A DNA stretch of 64,000 bases from Euglena gracilis (taxonomy: Eukaryota): positions 1,674,001 through 1,738,000 of the forward strand of contig CP154954.1 of the NCBI GenBank assembly GCA_039621445.1. Direction: 5' to 3'. Below, one piece after another: positions 32,736 to 52,052 of this stretch (positions are counted from its first letter, which is position 1; every line of letters begins with the position of its first letter). Below the pieces are notes generated by a model. That model was not told where the DNA came from. It did not search any database and saw only the letters and a program-made list of their open reading frames with translations. The position numbers and the translations under genes are program-made.

Positions 32736-32803
32736 AGGATTTGACAGGATCTAGGAGGAAGTTTGAAAGAACGCAGTACCTTCGGGTATCTAGACACAGG
32801 TGG

Positions 32804-32868
<65 letters not shown>

Positions 32869-33124
32869 TTTTTTAATTAACGCTTGTCATTTAGAAATAC
32901 TGCTGGTTATTACCGGAGGAAGGTGAGGACGACGTCAAGTCATCATGCCCCTTATATCCTGGGCTACACACGTGCTACAATGGTTAAGACAATAAGTTGC
33001 AATTTTGTGAAAATGAGCTAATCTTAAAACTTAGCCTAAGTTCGGATTGTAGGCTGAAACTCGCCTACATGAAGCCGGAATCGCTAGTAATCGCCGGTCA
33101 GCTATACGGCGGTGAATACGTTCT

Positions 33125-33162
<38 letters not shown>

Positions 33163-33281
33163 GGCTGTGCCCGAAGTTATTATCTTGCCTGAAAAGAGGG
33201 AAATACCTAAGGCCTGGCTGGTGACTGGGGTGAAGTCGTAACAAGGTAGCCGTACTGGAAGGTGTGGCTGGAACAACTCCC
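31785..33281 (+). rRNA. rrs: 16S rRNA
   Basis: Universal 16S motifs. Confidence 0.97.
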
Positions 33282-33367
33282 TTTAGTTTTTTAACTAAAA
33301 AAATGTATAGATTGGAAACAATGAAAAATAAAAAAAATAAGTAGGGAAACCTCTTATTTTTCCAAGA

Positions 33368-33441
33368 GGGCTATTAGCTCAGTTGGTTAGAGCATACCCT
33401 TGATAAGGGTAAGGTCGCTAGTTCAAGTCTAGCATGGCCCT
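33368..33441 (+). tRNA. trnI: tRNA-Ile(GAU)
   Basis: Cloverleaf, GAT. Confidence 0.96.
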
Positions 33442-33450
33442 CTTGGTTTT

Positions 33451-33523
33451 GGGGGTATAGCTCAGTTGGTAGAGCGCTGCCTTTGCAAGGCAGATGTCAG
33501 CGGTTCGAGTCCGCTTATCTCCA
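33451..33523 (+). tRNA. trnA: tRNA-Ala(UGC)
   Basis: Cloverleaf, TGC. Confidence 0.96.
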
Positions 33524-33539
33524 AAAAGGTTTTGATGTA

Positions 33540-35461
33540 GGTTCAAATGAACAAGGGCTTATGCGGGATTGCTTGGCATTTAGAGTCGAAGAAGGGCGTA
33601 GAAATTAACGATATGCTTTAGGGAGCTAAAGACGAGCTTTAATCTAAAGATTCCCGAATGGGGCAACCTATTACTTTAACATTACAATGAAATGGTATAC
33701 AAATAATGTAGAGAACTTGGTGAACTGAAACATCTTAGTAGCCGAAGGAAAAGAAAGCAAAAGCGATTTTCTTATTAGTGGCGAGCTAACGGAAATCAGC
33801 CTAAACCTTTATGGGTGTTGTGGGTATATTATAATTACTGAAAAAGATAGAGAATTTGTTGAAAACAAAATCAAAGAGGGTTTTAAATCCCGTATTTGTT
33901 TTTAAAAAGTAATTTTTGATTTTCCCGAGTAGCATAGAGCACGTGGAATTCTGTGTGAATCAGCGAGGACCATCTCGTAAGGCTAAATACTCCTAAATGA
34001 CCGATAGTGTACGAGTACCGTGAGGGAAAGCTGAAATAGAACACTGAGAAGTGAGTGAAATAGAATATGAAAGCATAAGTTTACAAGCAGTAGGAGATCT
34101 ATTTAAAGATTGACTGTGTGCCTGTTGAAGAATGAGCCGGCGACTTATAGGTGATGGCAAGGTTAAGGTTTTTCCGGAGCCATAGTGAAATCGAGCTTAA
34201 ATAAAGCGAAAAACTTTCTTCTTGAAAGTTTATGTCATTGCTTATAGACCCGAACCCAGGTGATCTAATCATGGTCAGGTTGAAGTTTTGGTAAAACAGA
34301 ATGGAGGACCGAACCCACCAATGTTGAAAAATTGGGGGATGAACTGTGATTAGGGGAGAAATTCCAATCGAACTTGGAGCTAGCTGGATCTCTTCGAAAT
34401 GCGTTGAGGCGCAGCGTTTAATTATGGTAAACATTAGGGGTAAAGCACTGTTTCGATGCGGGCTATGAAAATGGTACCAAGTTGTGGCAAACTCTGAATA
34501 CTAAGTTATATTTCAATTAATCAGTGAGACAGTGGGGGATAAGCTTCATTGTCAAGAGGGAAACAGCCCAGATCACTACTTAAGGCCCCTAAATAATTAC
34601 TAAGTGGTAAAGGATGTACTATTACATAGACAACCAGGAGGTTGGCTTAGAAGCAGCCATTCCTTTAAAAAGTGCGTAATAGCTTACTGGTCAAGTGATA
34701 GTGCGCCGAAAATGAACGGGACTAAGTAATTTGCCGAAGGTGTGAGAGAAATCGGTAGAAGAGCGTTCTGTGTTGAAGAGAAGGAATAGTGAAAATAGTT
34801 CTGGATTAAACAGAAGTGAGAATGTCGGCTTAAGTAACGAAAACATTGGTGAAAATCCTATGCTCCGAAAACCTAAGGTTTCCTTAGCCAGGTTCGTCCT
34901 CTAAGGGTTAGTCAGGTCCTAAAATAAGGTTTAACAACGTAAATTGATGGATGACAGGTTAATATTCCTGTACCGAATGCTCACTTGTAAGGAGTGACGA
35001 AAAAGGCTAGATCGGCCACGTGATGGTTTGTGGTTTAAGGGTTCAAGAGGTATCAAATATTAAAAAAAATATTTTGTCTTAAGGCCTGAATAGTATAAAT
35101 ACTACGGTATTGAAAGTGATTGATGTCATGTTTCCAAGAAAAACTTTTGTTTATGTATAGTGAGCTCGCCTGTACCGTAAACTGACACAGGTAGGTTAGT
35201 AGAATATACTAAGGAGCGCGAGATAACTCTTTCTAAGGAACTCGGCAAAATGACTTCGTAACTTCGGAAGAAGAAGTACCTCTAATGAGGTGGCAGAAAA
35301 GAGGTCCAAGCGACTGCTTACCAAAAGCACAGGTCTCCGCGAAGTTGAAAAACGATGTATGGGGGCCGAGGCCTGCTCAGTGCAGGAAGGTTAAAGAAAT
35401 TGGTTAGCGTAAGCAAAGCTAGTGACTGAAGCCCCTGTGAACAGCGGCAATAACTATAATT

Positions 35462-35514
<53 letters not shown>

Positions 35515-36002
35515 TTAACGATTTGGACACTGTCTCAGAAAGAGACTCGGTGAAATAGAATTGACTGTGAAGATGCGGTCTACTTGCACTTGGACAGAAA
35601 GACCCTATGAAGCTTTACTGTATCCTGAAATTGGTTTCGGGCTTTTTTTGCGCAGAATAGGTGGGAGGCTATGATCTTGTCTTTTGGGATACGGGGAGCC
35701 GAAAAATGAGATACCACTCTGAGAAAGCTAGAAATCTAATCTTAATCTTATGTACAATCATGATAATTGACAGTTTCAGGTGGGCAGTTTTACTGGGGCG
35801 GTAGCCTCCTAAAAAGTAACGGAGGCGTACAAAGGTTTTCTCAGGCTAGACGGAAATTAGTTGTGGAGTGTAAAGGCATAAGAAAGCTTGACTGTGAGAC
35901 TTATAAGTCAAACAGAGACTAAAGTCGGTCTTAGTGACCCGACGGTGCTGTATGGAAAGGCCGTCGTAAACAGATAAAAGTTACTCTAGGGATAACAGGC
36001 TG

Positions 36003-36062
<60 letters not shown>

Positions 36063-36079
36063 ACCTGGGGCGGTAGTAC

Positions 36080-36114
<35 letters not shown>

Positions 36115-36430
36115 TACGTGAGCTGGGTTCAGAACGTCGAGAGACAGTTCGGTCCATATCCGGTGTGAGCGTTAGAGTATTGAAAGGCGCTTTCCTTAGT
36201 ACGAGAGGACCGGGAAGGACGCACCACTGATGTACCAGTTTTTGTGCCAACAGAATACGCTGGGTAGTCAAGTGCGGAGTGGATAACTGCTGAAAGCATA
36301 TAAGTAGGAAGCCCACCTTAAGATAAGTACTCTTCATAGGTCACGGTAAGACGAACCGTTTGATAGGTATTAGGTGTACAATTGGTAACAATTTTAGCCG
36401 AGATATACTAACCGACCGAAAATTTTTTCC
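33540..36430 (+). rRNA. rrl: 23S rRNA (ends approximate)
   Basis: Repeat of other copies. Confidence 0.97.
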
Positions 36431-36505
36431 TATATGAAAACAAAACATTTATTTTTACTTGTCACTTTTTTAAGATTTAAAAGTTTCTTGAATGAACTTT
36501 TATTT

Positions 36506-36621
36506 TAGGGTGCTCTTGTCTTTATGGATCCACTTAAAACATTTCGAACTTGCAAGTTAAACATAAAGGGTAAATGGATACTTGGAAGGTTGCTTTCTGG
36601 GAAAAGCTTTTAGTGCCCTTA
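36506..36621 (+). rRNA. rrf: 5S rRNA, variant (5 substitutions)
   Basis: Alignment to the other two 5S copies. Confidence 0.88.
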
Positions 36622-37885
36622 TCGCGAGTTTATTTATTAATATTGAGTATGTTTTTGATTGATTTTTATGAATTTTGTCGATTTCTTTGTTAAAGTAGTT
36701 AAAATCTTTAAAGTTTTGATAAAAAATTTTTCTCTCAACAAGTTAAATAATAAAAAAACATCATGTTTGAACTTTTTGTAAAGAAATTTTTAAGACAATC
36801 TTTGAATAAAGAAAAAGTGACTCTTAAAAATTTGAACTCTAATACTTTTTTGGTTATGATTTTTTGTCAATTTAATAATTATTTATACTATTGCTTAAAA
36901 TTTTTTCTAATATTGAGCTAGTTTAAACTTTGTTATTTTACTATAATACCATAAATTTGCCAAACTTTCCTATTACAAGAATTGAAGATTGTTATTTTTT
37001 CAAGTTAGGACAAAAATTGTACGTCAATTTTGTTAAAAATACTTTAATTTTTTATGGTTTATTTTCTCTATTGTATGTGTAACACTTGACCTATTTATAT
37101 TAGTAAAAATGGTTCTAATTTTATCAAATTTCCATCTAATCAACTAAATATAGAATTAGAGCATCGTTTTCGTTATAAATTTCAATATAATATTTAATGA
37201 AAAAATTTTTTTAATAAAAGCCAAATTTTTATTAAATGGTAAGAACAAGTAATTTTTTTACAAAAAATATAAATTATTAAATTTTTAGAAAACTCCTATG
37301 ATATGAAAAAAACAAGACAATAATTTTTTAGTATCAAATTTAATAAAGAGGCAAATTTTTCAATTTTTAAAGTTTTGAGTTAATAAAAACAATTTGTTCA
37401 TATAATACCATTTTAATTTTTTCAACTTTTTTGAAAAACTAATAGTTTTATGTAGTGTAATATCAAAATTTATGTTATAAAAAACTATTATTTAACAAGA
37501 GTTCGTTTATTTTTTTCGAAAATTTATTTATTTAACTCAGCATCTAATTTGTCTTTAATAATGGAGAGTAATGAAACTAAAAGAGAAGTAAGCATTAACA
37601 GGTTGGTTGCAAACTTCCGTAAGAAAGCCTTTGAAAATAAAGGATTAAAAAAGCTCGTTCTTGGTTAATTAATTTTGGCCATGAAAATAATGCGAAAAAT
37701 AGTACTTCTGCAAAATTGTATAAACATCGAAGTAATTGTTTTAAAACATTATTTTTTTAAGGGAACTTTTTGTTTTATTAAATATTAAGGTTAGTTAATT
37801 TATATGCATTTAAAATTAATTTTAAAAAATCCATTATACTATTAATGTCAAATCAAAGAAACAGACTGTTTGAACTTTGTGAGAA

Positions 37886-40800
37886 ATGGTAAATGGTTGT
37901 AGAGTACGCTCTAATTTATTAGATTTGTGAATTAATTCTTAACTTTGGTTTTATTTATTACAAATAAATAAATAATTTTTTTTGGTATGTTTATGTTAGA
38001 TAAAAATTTTACTGATGATACAACGAAATAGTTTTCGCTCCTTTTTAAAAAAGGGTTTGGTAGAAGAGTTAAGAAAAATAAAAGATATAGCTCATGAAGG
38101 CTTTAGGATAAGCTTTCAAACAGATAATGTGAAATATAAAAAGCCTAAAATATCTGCTGAATTTGCATTGAAAAACGGGGAAACATACAGTTTATCTGTT
38201 CATATACCTGTTGAAGTTACCTATAATAATATGTTCCTTGTTAGGAGAGATTTTTATTATTTTTCCTATTAATTTTATAATCCAATTTTCATTATAATAA
38301 TAAATTTTTTTTTAGAAAAAAAGAATTTATTATCTTATTAAATAAATATATATTATTTGCAAAAATTCCTTTAATGACTGAAAAAGGTACGTTTATTTTT
38401 AACGGTAATAAAAGAATTATGGATGTGGTTTATATTATTACTTTTAATTTTTTATTAATTATATTTATAAGTTAATTTTTTTTTAATTTTTAGGTTTGAG
38501 TTTTTTTAATTCATTTTTAACCAAATTATTCGTAGTCCTGGCGTTTATTTTGAAAAAAATCGTTATAATGATTCCATATTTGCGACGTTAATACCAACTT
38601 TTGGTAGTTGGTTAACTTTTAAAATTGATGTGCGTTTTTAAATGTTATTTAGTAATTTGGATTTTTAAATTATATTTTTACATTAAATTAAATTCTTTTT
38701 TAAAATTGAAAATTTTTTATATTTGGGTCAAGACGAGGGAATTTTCGTTAAAGTAGACAAAATAAAGACAGCTATACCTTTAATAAATTTTTTGAAATGC
38801 TTAGGCCTATCCCGAAAAAAATTTTTTTTGTATCTTAACGATCCTATTTTTATAGAAACGTTACAAGAAAGTGAGTCTTATGGTATTAGATTGGAATTTT
38901 TCGAATTTTATAAAATATTTTTTCCAAACGAAGTTAATGTTCGTTTTTTGAGATTTTTATATGTTTGATTTTATTATTTTATATTATTTTTTTAGTTAAT
39001 AAGATATTAATATTTTTTTTATTTTTTCAGATGTTTTTTTATCTGAAAGGAAATGCCCGAAAATTTTTACGTTCAAAGTTTATGGATCTTGAGTTTATTC
39101 GTGTATTTTTTGTAATTTACAAAAGTTAAATTTTTTATAGATTATTTTAAAATTTTTTGATTTATTATTTTATGCCAGCATTATTAGCCGAGATTAAACA
39201 CGTAAATATGATTTGGGTGAAGTAGGTCGCTTTAGGGTTAATACTAAAATTTATAGATCCGAATTTTTTCAAAGTAATAGAACTTTGCAACCCGAAGATG
39301 TTTTGGGTATAGCTCATTATTTGATTGAGTTAAAGAAAGGTTGGGAAATAATGAAGAATAATAGTATCTTTATTTGTTTGTTTATTTAAATTTATTAAAA
39401 TTTTTATTTATTATAAAAATTTTTTAGCAATATTTTATTAATGATACCTTTTGATGAGATCGATGATTTAAAAAACAAATTAGTACGTAGTATAGGTGAA
39501 CTTCTTCAAAGTCAATTCCGAATTATTTTAAATGAATTAGAATCTAGTTTAAAAGAAAAATTGATATTTCTTTATAAAAATCCTTCTGAAAAAACTTTTA
39601 GATTATCTAGATTTTTTAATTCTTACTTTATAACTAATCGTATTCGAAAGTTTTTTTCTGTTAATCCACTTTCTCAATTGTTAGATGATACAAATTCTTT
39701 GTCTGAGCTTACACATAAAAGGAAGTTAAGTCCCTTTGGTCCTAATGGTCTTAATAAAGAAAGAACAAAGTTAGATGTAAGAGAAATAAATACTAGTCAA
39801 TATGGAAGGGTTTGTCCTATTGAGACAAGTGAGGGAAAAAATGCTGGTTTGATTTTATCTTTAGCAAAAGATGTAAGAGTTGATAAGTATGGATTTTTAG
39901 AAAGCCCTTTTTATAAGGTTTTGAGAGGAAAGATAGAAACCAATAAAGGAATTTATTTTATTTCTTCTGCGCAGGAAAAATATTTTACAGTAGCTCCGTT
40001 TGATGTCTTTAGAAGTTCTCAAAGTAATCTTTTAGATAAAAATAAGCTTCTAGGTGTTAAAAGAAGTAAAATTTTTTCATATTCTTTCTCAAAAAATATT
40101 GATTTTATAAGTATTTCAACAGATCAATTTACTTCATTAGGTACAGGCTTAGTTCCTTTTTTGGAGCATAACGATGCTAATAGGGTTCTTATGGGTTCAA
40201 ACATGCAACGACAATCTCTTATTTTATTGGAAAAGGAAGTTCCTTTTATAAAAACTGGACGCGAGGCTTTAATTAATCGAGAAAGTGATGCCACGGTTTT
40301 AGCAAAAAGTAGTGGAAAAGTAATTTATTCTAGTTTAAAAAAAATAGTTATTCAAGAGGAAGAATATTGTGCTAATATTAAATTTTTTAATAAAAATTAT
40401 TCTTTTTTTAATTTATTGGGGTGCTTAAATGAAATATCTCAAAAAAATTTTAAACTTATTAAAAAAGTTAACCAAAAAATTTATTTTTTAGAGTCTCCTA
40501 AGAAATCGAATCACGGTGTTTATATTCAGAAAATTCCTATTGTTCATGAAGGTGAGTGGGTTAGAAAAGGACAAATTATAGCTGATGGTATGAGTACATT
40601 AAGAGGTGGCATTTGTTTAGGAAAAAATGTTTTGGTCGCGTACCTTGGATGGGAAGGTTATAATTTTGAAGATGCCGTAATTATTAGTGAAAGGCTTGTT
40701 TTTGAAGATATTTTTACTTCTATACATATGAAAAAATTTAAAACTTTTATTGTAAATGATGAAAAAAAAGGTGTGCGAATTTAAATTTAGTTAATTTTGA

Positions 40801-42133
40801 AAATTTAATTCTTAATTTTATTTTTCGTAAATTTTGGTATAAATATTATTTAGAGATATTTAATTATAACTTTTATTTGTTTTTAAAATTATTAATTTTT
40901 TTATAACTTTTTCAAAAATTTATATTTAGCTTTTTTTCATATTTCATTATTAATGAAAAATTAAATTCAATTAAAATTTTTTGATTTAAATGAAAAATGT
41001 TTATTTTATTTAATAAAGCTAAATCTATTATTAGTTTAGATGTTTAGTTTGAAAACGAATATTAATTTGTTAAGTTTTAAGAAAATATTAGTATGTTTAT
41101 TCCTAATGCAAGTTTAAAAACTATTAAAAACTTGAAAAATAATGGTATTATTAAAATAGGTTCAGAGATTAAAGCACAGGATGTTTTAATTGGAAGAATT
41201 AAAGTTAAGTTAAAAAATACGCCAAAAAATAAAATGTTAATAGCATTTTTTGGCAATAAGGTACGAAAAGACGTTTCTTTACGTTCTCCTCGCTCTTTGG
41301 TAGGTATTGTTACAAGTGTTGAGATTTTATGTAAAAAGTCGAATTGTTCTGTTCTTATTCATGTTGCCGAAAAACGCAGAATACAAATAGGTGATAAAAT
41401 TGCAGGACGGCATGGTAATAAAGGTATAATTTCGAAAATTGTTCCGTCTATAGATATGCCTTTTCTTCCTGATGGTACACCTGTTGATATGATTTTAAAT
41501 CCTCTAGGCATACCATCTAGAATGAATGTTGGTCAAGTCTTTGAAAGTTTGTTAAACTTGTCTTCTTTATTTTTGAAAGAAAGGTATAAAATTCAACCTT
41601 TTGATGAAGTCCAAACAAGTATGAATTCAAAATCTTTTGTGTATAAAAAATTAAATGAAGCGCGTAAAAGAACTAAAAAAGATTGGCTTTTTAATCCAAA
41701 TTATCCAGGAAAAGCCTTTTTATATGATGGTAGAAATTGTAGGCCTTTTGATCACCCTGTAGCTTTTGGTTATGCGTATATTTTAAAATTAATACATATG
41801 GTTAAAGACAAAATTCATGCGAGAGTTACCGGCCCTTATTCTTCAGTAACTCAACAACCTTTACGTGGAAAATCGAAAAATGGTGGACAAAGGTTTGGGG
41901 AAATGGAGGTTTGGGCTATAGAAGGATTTGGTGCTGCATATTTGTTGCAGGAGTTATTAACTATTAAATCTGATGATGTATTAAATAGATCAGAAGCGTT
42001 ATTTAGTTTAATAAATGGTACTTATTTTTCTAAGCCAAATATTCCCGAAGCTTTCAAGTTATTTATTTTAGAAATGCAATCTTTATGTATTGATATTAAA
42101 ATTTTTACAAATAATTATAAAAAATTCGATTAG
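37886..42133 (+). CDS. rpoB: RNA polymerase beta; 9 exons, 7 short (~95-110 nt) group III introns at about 37925, 38246, 38422, 38629, 38947, 39089, 39341 and a group II intron ~40773-41080
   Basis: IQRNSF, IPLMTEKGTFIFNG, QIIRSPG, CPIETSEGKNAGLI, GSNMQRQ, GDKIAGRHGNKG, GGQRFGEMEVWA. Confidence 0.96.
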
Positions 42134-42217
42134 TTAAATTTTTGAGTTATTTTTTTTTTTATGAAGTTTTTATGGTCAATTAAGACCTGATACTTATTTT
42201 TATTTATTTTTGTATTT

Positions 42218-45679
<3,462 letters not shown>

Positions 45680-45770
45680 ATACTTTAATTTTTTGTATGA
45701 GCTAAGTAGTTTTAAAGTTTATTATTTTATTGATTTATTTCAATAAGTTTGTTAAATTATTATTTTAATT

Positions 45771-49349
<3,579 letters not shown>

Positions 49350-49608
49350 AGCAAAAATTTACTATAATTTGAGTACTGTAGCCAGTGGGTAGAGCGTCTG
49401 CCTTACAGCAGAATGTCAGCGGTTCGAATCCGTTTGCCCTCAAAGGTATTTACTTAATGAGTAACTGGGGGTATAGCCTCATTTTGGTAGAGCGTCCGCC
49501 TTAAAAGCAGAATGTCGCGTTCGTTGGATTCGAACACGCGACATGGACTTTTATTTACTTTTATCCTTATAGCTAAAAATTAACTTTCTATAAAGACAAA
49601 AAGTTAAA

Positions 49609-49681
49609 AGCGGGTAACGTGATTCGAACACGCGACATTGGACTTGGAAGGACCACGCTCTACCAACTGAGCTATACCCGC
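49609..49681 (-). tRNA. trnG: tRNA-Gly(UCC), inverted copy
   Basis: Reverse complement of 62920-62992. Confidence 0.9.
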
Positions 49682-49687
49682 ATAAAT

Positions 49688-49760
49688 TACCCCCAGGGGA
49701 ATTCGAATCCCCGTTGCCTCCGTGAAAGGGAGATGTCCTAGGCCTCTAGACGATGGGGGC
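49688..49760 (-). tRNA. trnE: tRNA-Glu(UUC), inverted copy
   Basis: Reverse complement of 62841-62913. Confidence 0.9.
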
Positions 49761-49787
49761 AAATTTAAGATAAAGAAAAAAAATAAA

Positions 49788-49860
49788 CGCGCTCTGTAGG
49801 ATTCGAACCTACTACATCAGGTTTTGGAGACCTACGTTCTACCAATTGAACTAAAAGCGC
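49788..49860 (-). tRNA. trnW: tRNA-Trp(CCA), inverted copy
   Basis: Reverse complement of 62741-62813. Confidence 0.9.
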
Positions 49861-49864
49861 AGTT

Positions 49865-49936
49865 TGGCTCAGACAAGATTTGAACCTGTGACCAAGGGCT
49901 TATGAATCCCCTGCTCTACCTCTGAGCTACTGAGCC
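49865..49936 (-). tRNA. trnM: tRNA-Met(CAU), inverted copy
   Basis: Reverse complement of 62665-62736. Confidence 0.88.
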
Positions 49937-49951
49937 TAAAAATTAATAGAT

Positions 49952-50024
49952 GGTGAATGACGGGGATCGAACCCGCGAATGAAGGAGTCACAGTCCTTTG
50001 CCTTACCACTTGGCTACACCCACC
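49952..50024 (-). tRNA. trnH: tRNA-His(GUG), inverted copy
   Basis: Cloverleaf, GTG anticodon. Confidence 0.9.
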
Positions 50025-50088
50025 TATAAAAAATATAATAAAAATTTATTATAACTCGAAAACTGTCTGATTAAATATAAAAATATTT

Positions 50089-50170
50089 TGAGTCGTGCTG
50101 GATTCGAACCAGCGAAAGATGAACTAGCGGATTTACAATCCGCCCCCATTAACCACTCGGGCAACAACTC
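50089..50170 (-). tRNA. trnY: tRNA-Tyr(GUA), inverted copy
   Basis: Reverse complement of 62429-62510. Confidence 0.9.
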
Positions 50171-50246
50171 GCAATTAGATGTTAAACAACAAAAACAATT
50201 AACATAGAAAAAGTTATTTAAGATCAAAAAAAATATAGATAAAACT

Positions 50247-50864
50247 ATGTCAAGATATAGAGGACCACGATTGCGAATAGTTCGTAGAATAGGAAAACTT
50301 CCAAGTCTTACAAATAAAACATCAAAGAAAAGAAAATCCCCAGGGCAACCAGCAACATCCTTTAAAAGGAAAAAAAAAATATCAAAATATAACATAAGAT
50401 TAAAAGAAAAACAAAAACTGCGATTTAACTACGGAATAACCGAAAGACAACTTCTAAATTATGTAAAAAAATCTAGGAAAAAAAAAGGATCATCCGGAAG
50501 ATTTTTGCTAACTTTTTTGGAAATGAGATTAGATAATATTGTACATCGAATAGGTTTTGCACCTACAATAATGGCTGCAAAACAACTAATAAATCATGGT
50601 CACATTTGTGTAGATGACAAAGTTATCAATATACCTAGTTTTATTTGCCAACCAAAAAGTATTATAAAACCTAAAAAAAGTACTGTATCAGAAAATGTCA
50701 TACAAAAAAACATAGAATCTAAAGAATTACTATTAATACCACCACATTTATCTCTTAACAAAAAAAACTTAGAAGCAAAAATTATTGGTTTAATCAATAG
50801 AAAAGCGATATCGTTAATAGTTAATGAACTTTTAGTAATCGAATTCTATTCACGCAAGGTCTAA
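50247..50864 (+). CDS. rps4: 30S ribosomal protein S4 (inverted copy)
   Basis: MSRYRGPRLRIVRR, LKEKQKLRFNYG, LEMRLDNIV. Confidence 0.93.
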   Translation: MSRYRGPRLRIVRRIGKLPSLTNKTSKKRKSPGQPATSFKRKKKISKYNIRLKEKQKLRFNYGITERQLLNYVKKSRKKKGSSGRFLLTFLEMRLDNIVHRIGFAPTIMAAKQLINHGHICVDDKVINIPSFICQPKSIIKPKKSTVSENVIQKNIESKELLLIPPHLSLNKKNLEAKIIGLINRKAISLIVNELLVIEFYSRKV

Positions 50865-50987
50865 TTATAAATTAATTTATAGGGAAAATTGTGAATAATA
50901 TAAAAAATGAAATAAATATTAAAAACTCAAGGAAATCATGCTTTTTGCAAATTTTGTTCTTAAAAAGAAATATTTATTTATAAAAAA

Positions 50988-51584
50988 ATGATAAAACAAA
51001 AAAAAAAAATAATCAAAATAACAAAAAAAAAATTTCCAAAAGGAATTGTCCATATTATGGGATTAAACTTACATGCAATCAAAAATTAATAGTATATAAT
51101 GTAATATAAAGTTATTATAATTTTTATCTTTAAAAAAAAGCATTTAAAAATCAATATCTTAAAAAAACAACTTATAATAATGAAGCGATTTAATATTAAA
51201 AAAATTATACAAAAAATCATCACAATAAAACTAAAAAAAATTTTCCTTTATATTAAATAATAGAAAATACATCTAATTAAATTCTTAGTTTCGGTAAGTG
51301 ATCCAAAAGGAAATGTAATCGCTTGGTCATCTTCAGGAGCATGCGGTTTTAAAAGCTCGAAAAAGGCTACACCGTTAGCTACAAAGACAACTACTGCAAT
51401 TGCCGTTAAGAAAGCTATAGAACAAGGACTTCAAAAAGTTGAGATAAACATTAGTGGACCTGGAACCGGACGAGAAACAGCTTTAAAATGCGTACAAAGT
51501 TTAGGTCTACGCATAAGTTGCATAAGAGATGTCACTCCCTTACCACATAATGGATGTCGACCTAGCAAGAGACGTAGAATATAA
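50988..51584 (+). CDS. rps11: 30S ribosomal protein S11, two group III introns (inverted copy)
   Basis: KGIVHI|..|DPKGNVIAWSSSGACGFK...DVTPLPHNGCRP. Confidence 0.9.
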
Positions 51585-51655
51585 AATAACAAAATTTATT
51601 TAACACGTTTTAAAATAAATAAAAAACAATATTAACATTTATTAATATTGATAAA

Positions 51656-51739
51656 GCAGGCATGGCGGAATTTGGTAGACGCGCAGGATTTAGGTTCCTG
51701 TGTCTTTATGATGTGAGAGTTCGAGTCTCTCTGCCTGTA
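51656..51739 (+). tRNA. trnL: tRNA-Leu(UAG), inverted copy
   Basis: Cloverleaf, TAG anticodon, long variable arm. Confidence 0.9.
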
Positions 51740-51784
51740 TTAAAAATTAAATGATCATAAAAAATAACGAAATTACTAATCAAT

Positions 51785-51858
51785 CGGGCAAGAAGGGATT
51801 CGAACCCCTGACTCCGTAGTTCGTAGCCACGTGCTCTAGTCCACTGAGCTACAAGCCC
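51785..51858 (-). tRNA. trnR: tRNA-Arg(ACG), inverted copy
   Basis: Reverse complement of 60742-60815. Confidence 0.9.
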
Positions 51859-51861
51859 TTA

Positions 51862-51933
51862 CTCCTTAAGTAGGATTCGAACCTACGACCGATCGGTTAA
51901 CAGCCGATTGCTCTACCACTGAGCTATTAAGGA
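51862..51933 (-). tRNA. trnN: tRNA-Asn(GUU), inverted copy
   Basis: Reverse complement of 60667-60738. Confidence 0.9.
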
Positions 51934-51949
51934 TAAAGTAAATAACCTT

Positions 51950-52022
51950 TGAGGGCAAACGGATTCGAACCGCTGACATTCTGCTTGTAAGGCAGACGCT
52001 CTACCAACTGAGCTATACCCCC
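51950..52022 (-). tRNA. trnV: tRNA-Val(UAC), inverted copy
   Basis: Reverse complement of 60578-60650. Confidence 0.9.
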
Positions 52023-52052
52023 AGTTACTCAAATTATAGTAAATTTTGCTAA

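Noticed and set aside
20776-36337. ORFs within 16S and 23S sequences
   Set aside because: Shadow ORFs of rRNA genes
37561-37668. 35-codon ORF MESNETKREV... upstream of rpoB
   Set aside because: Too short and no recognisable homology
49370-49560. Extra tRNA-like sequences after rpoC2 copy 1
   Set aside because: Error-laden chimeras of trnV/trnN/trnG at an assembly junction
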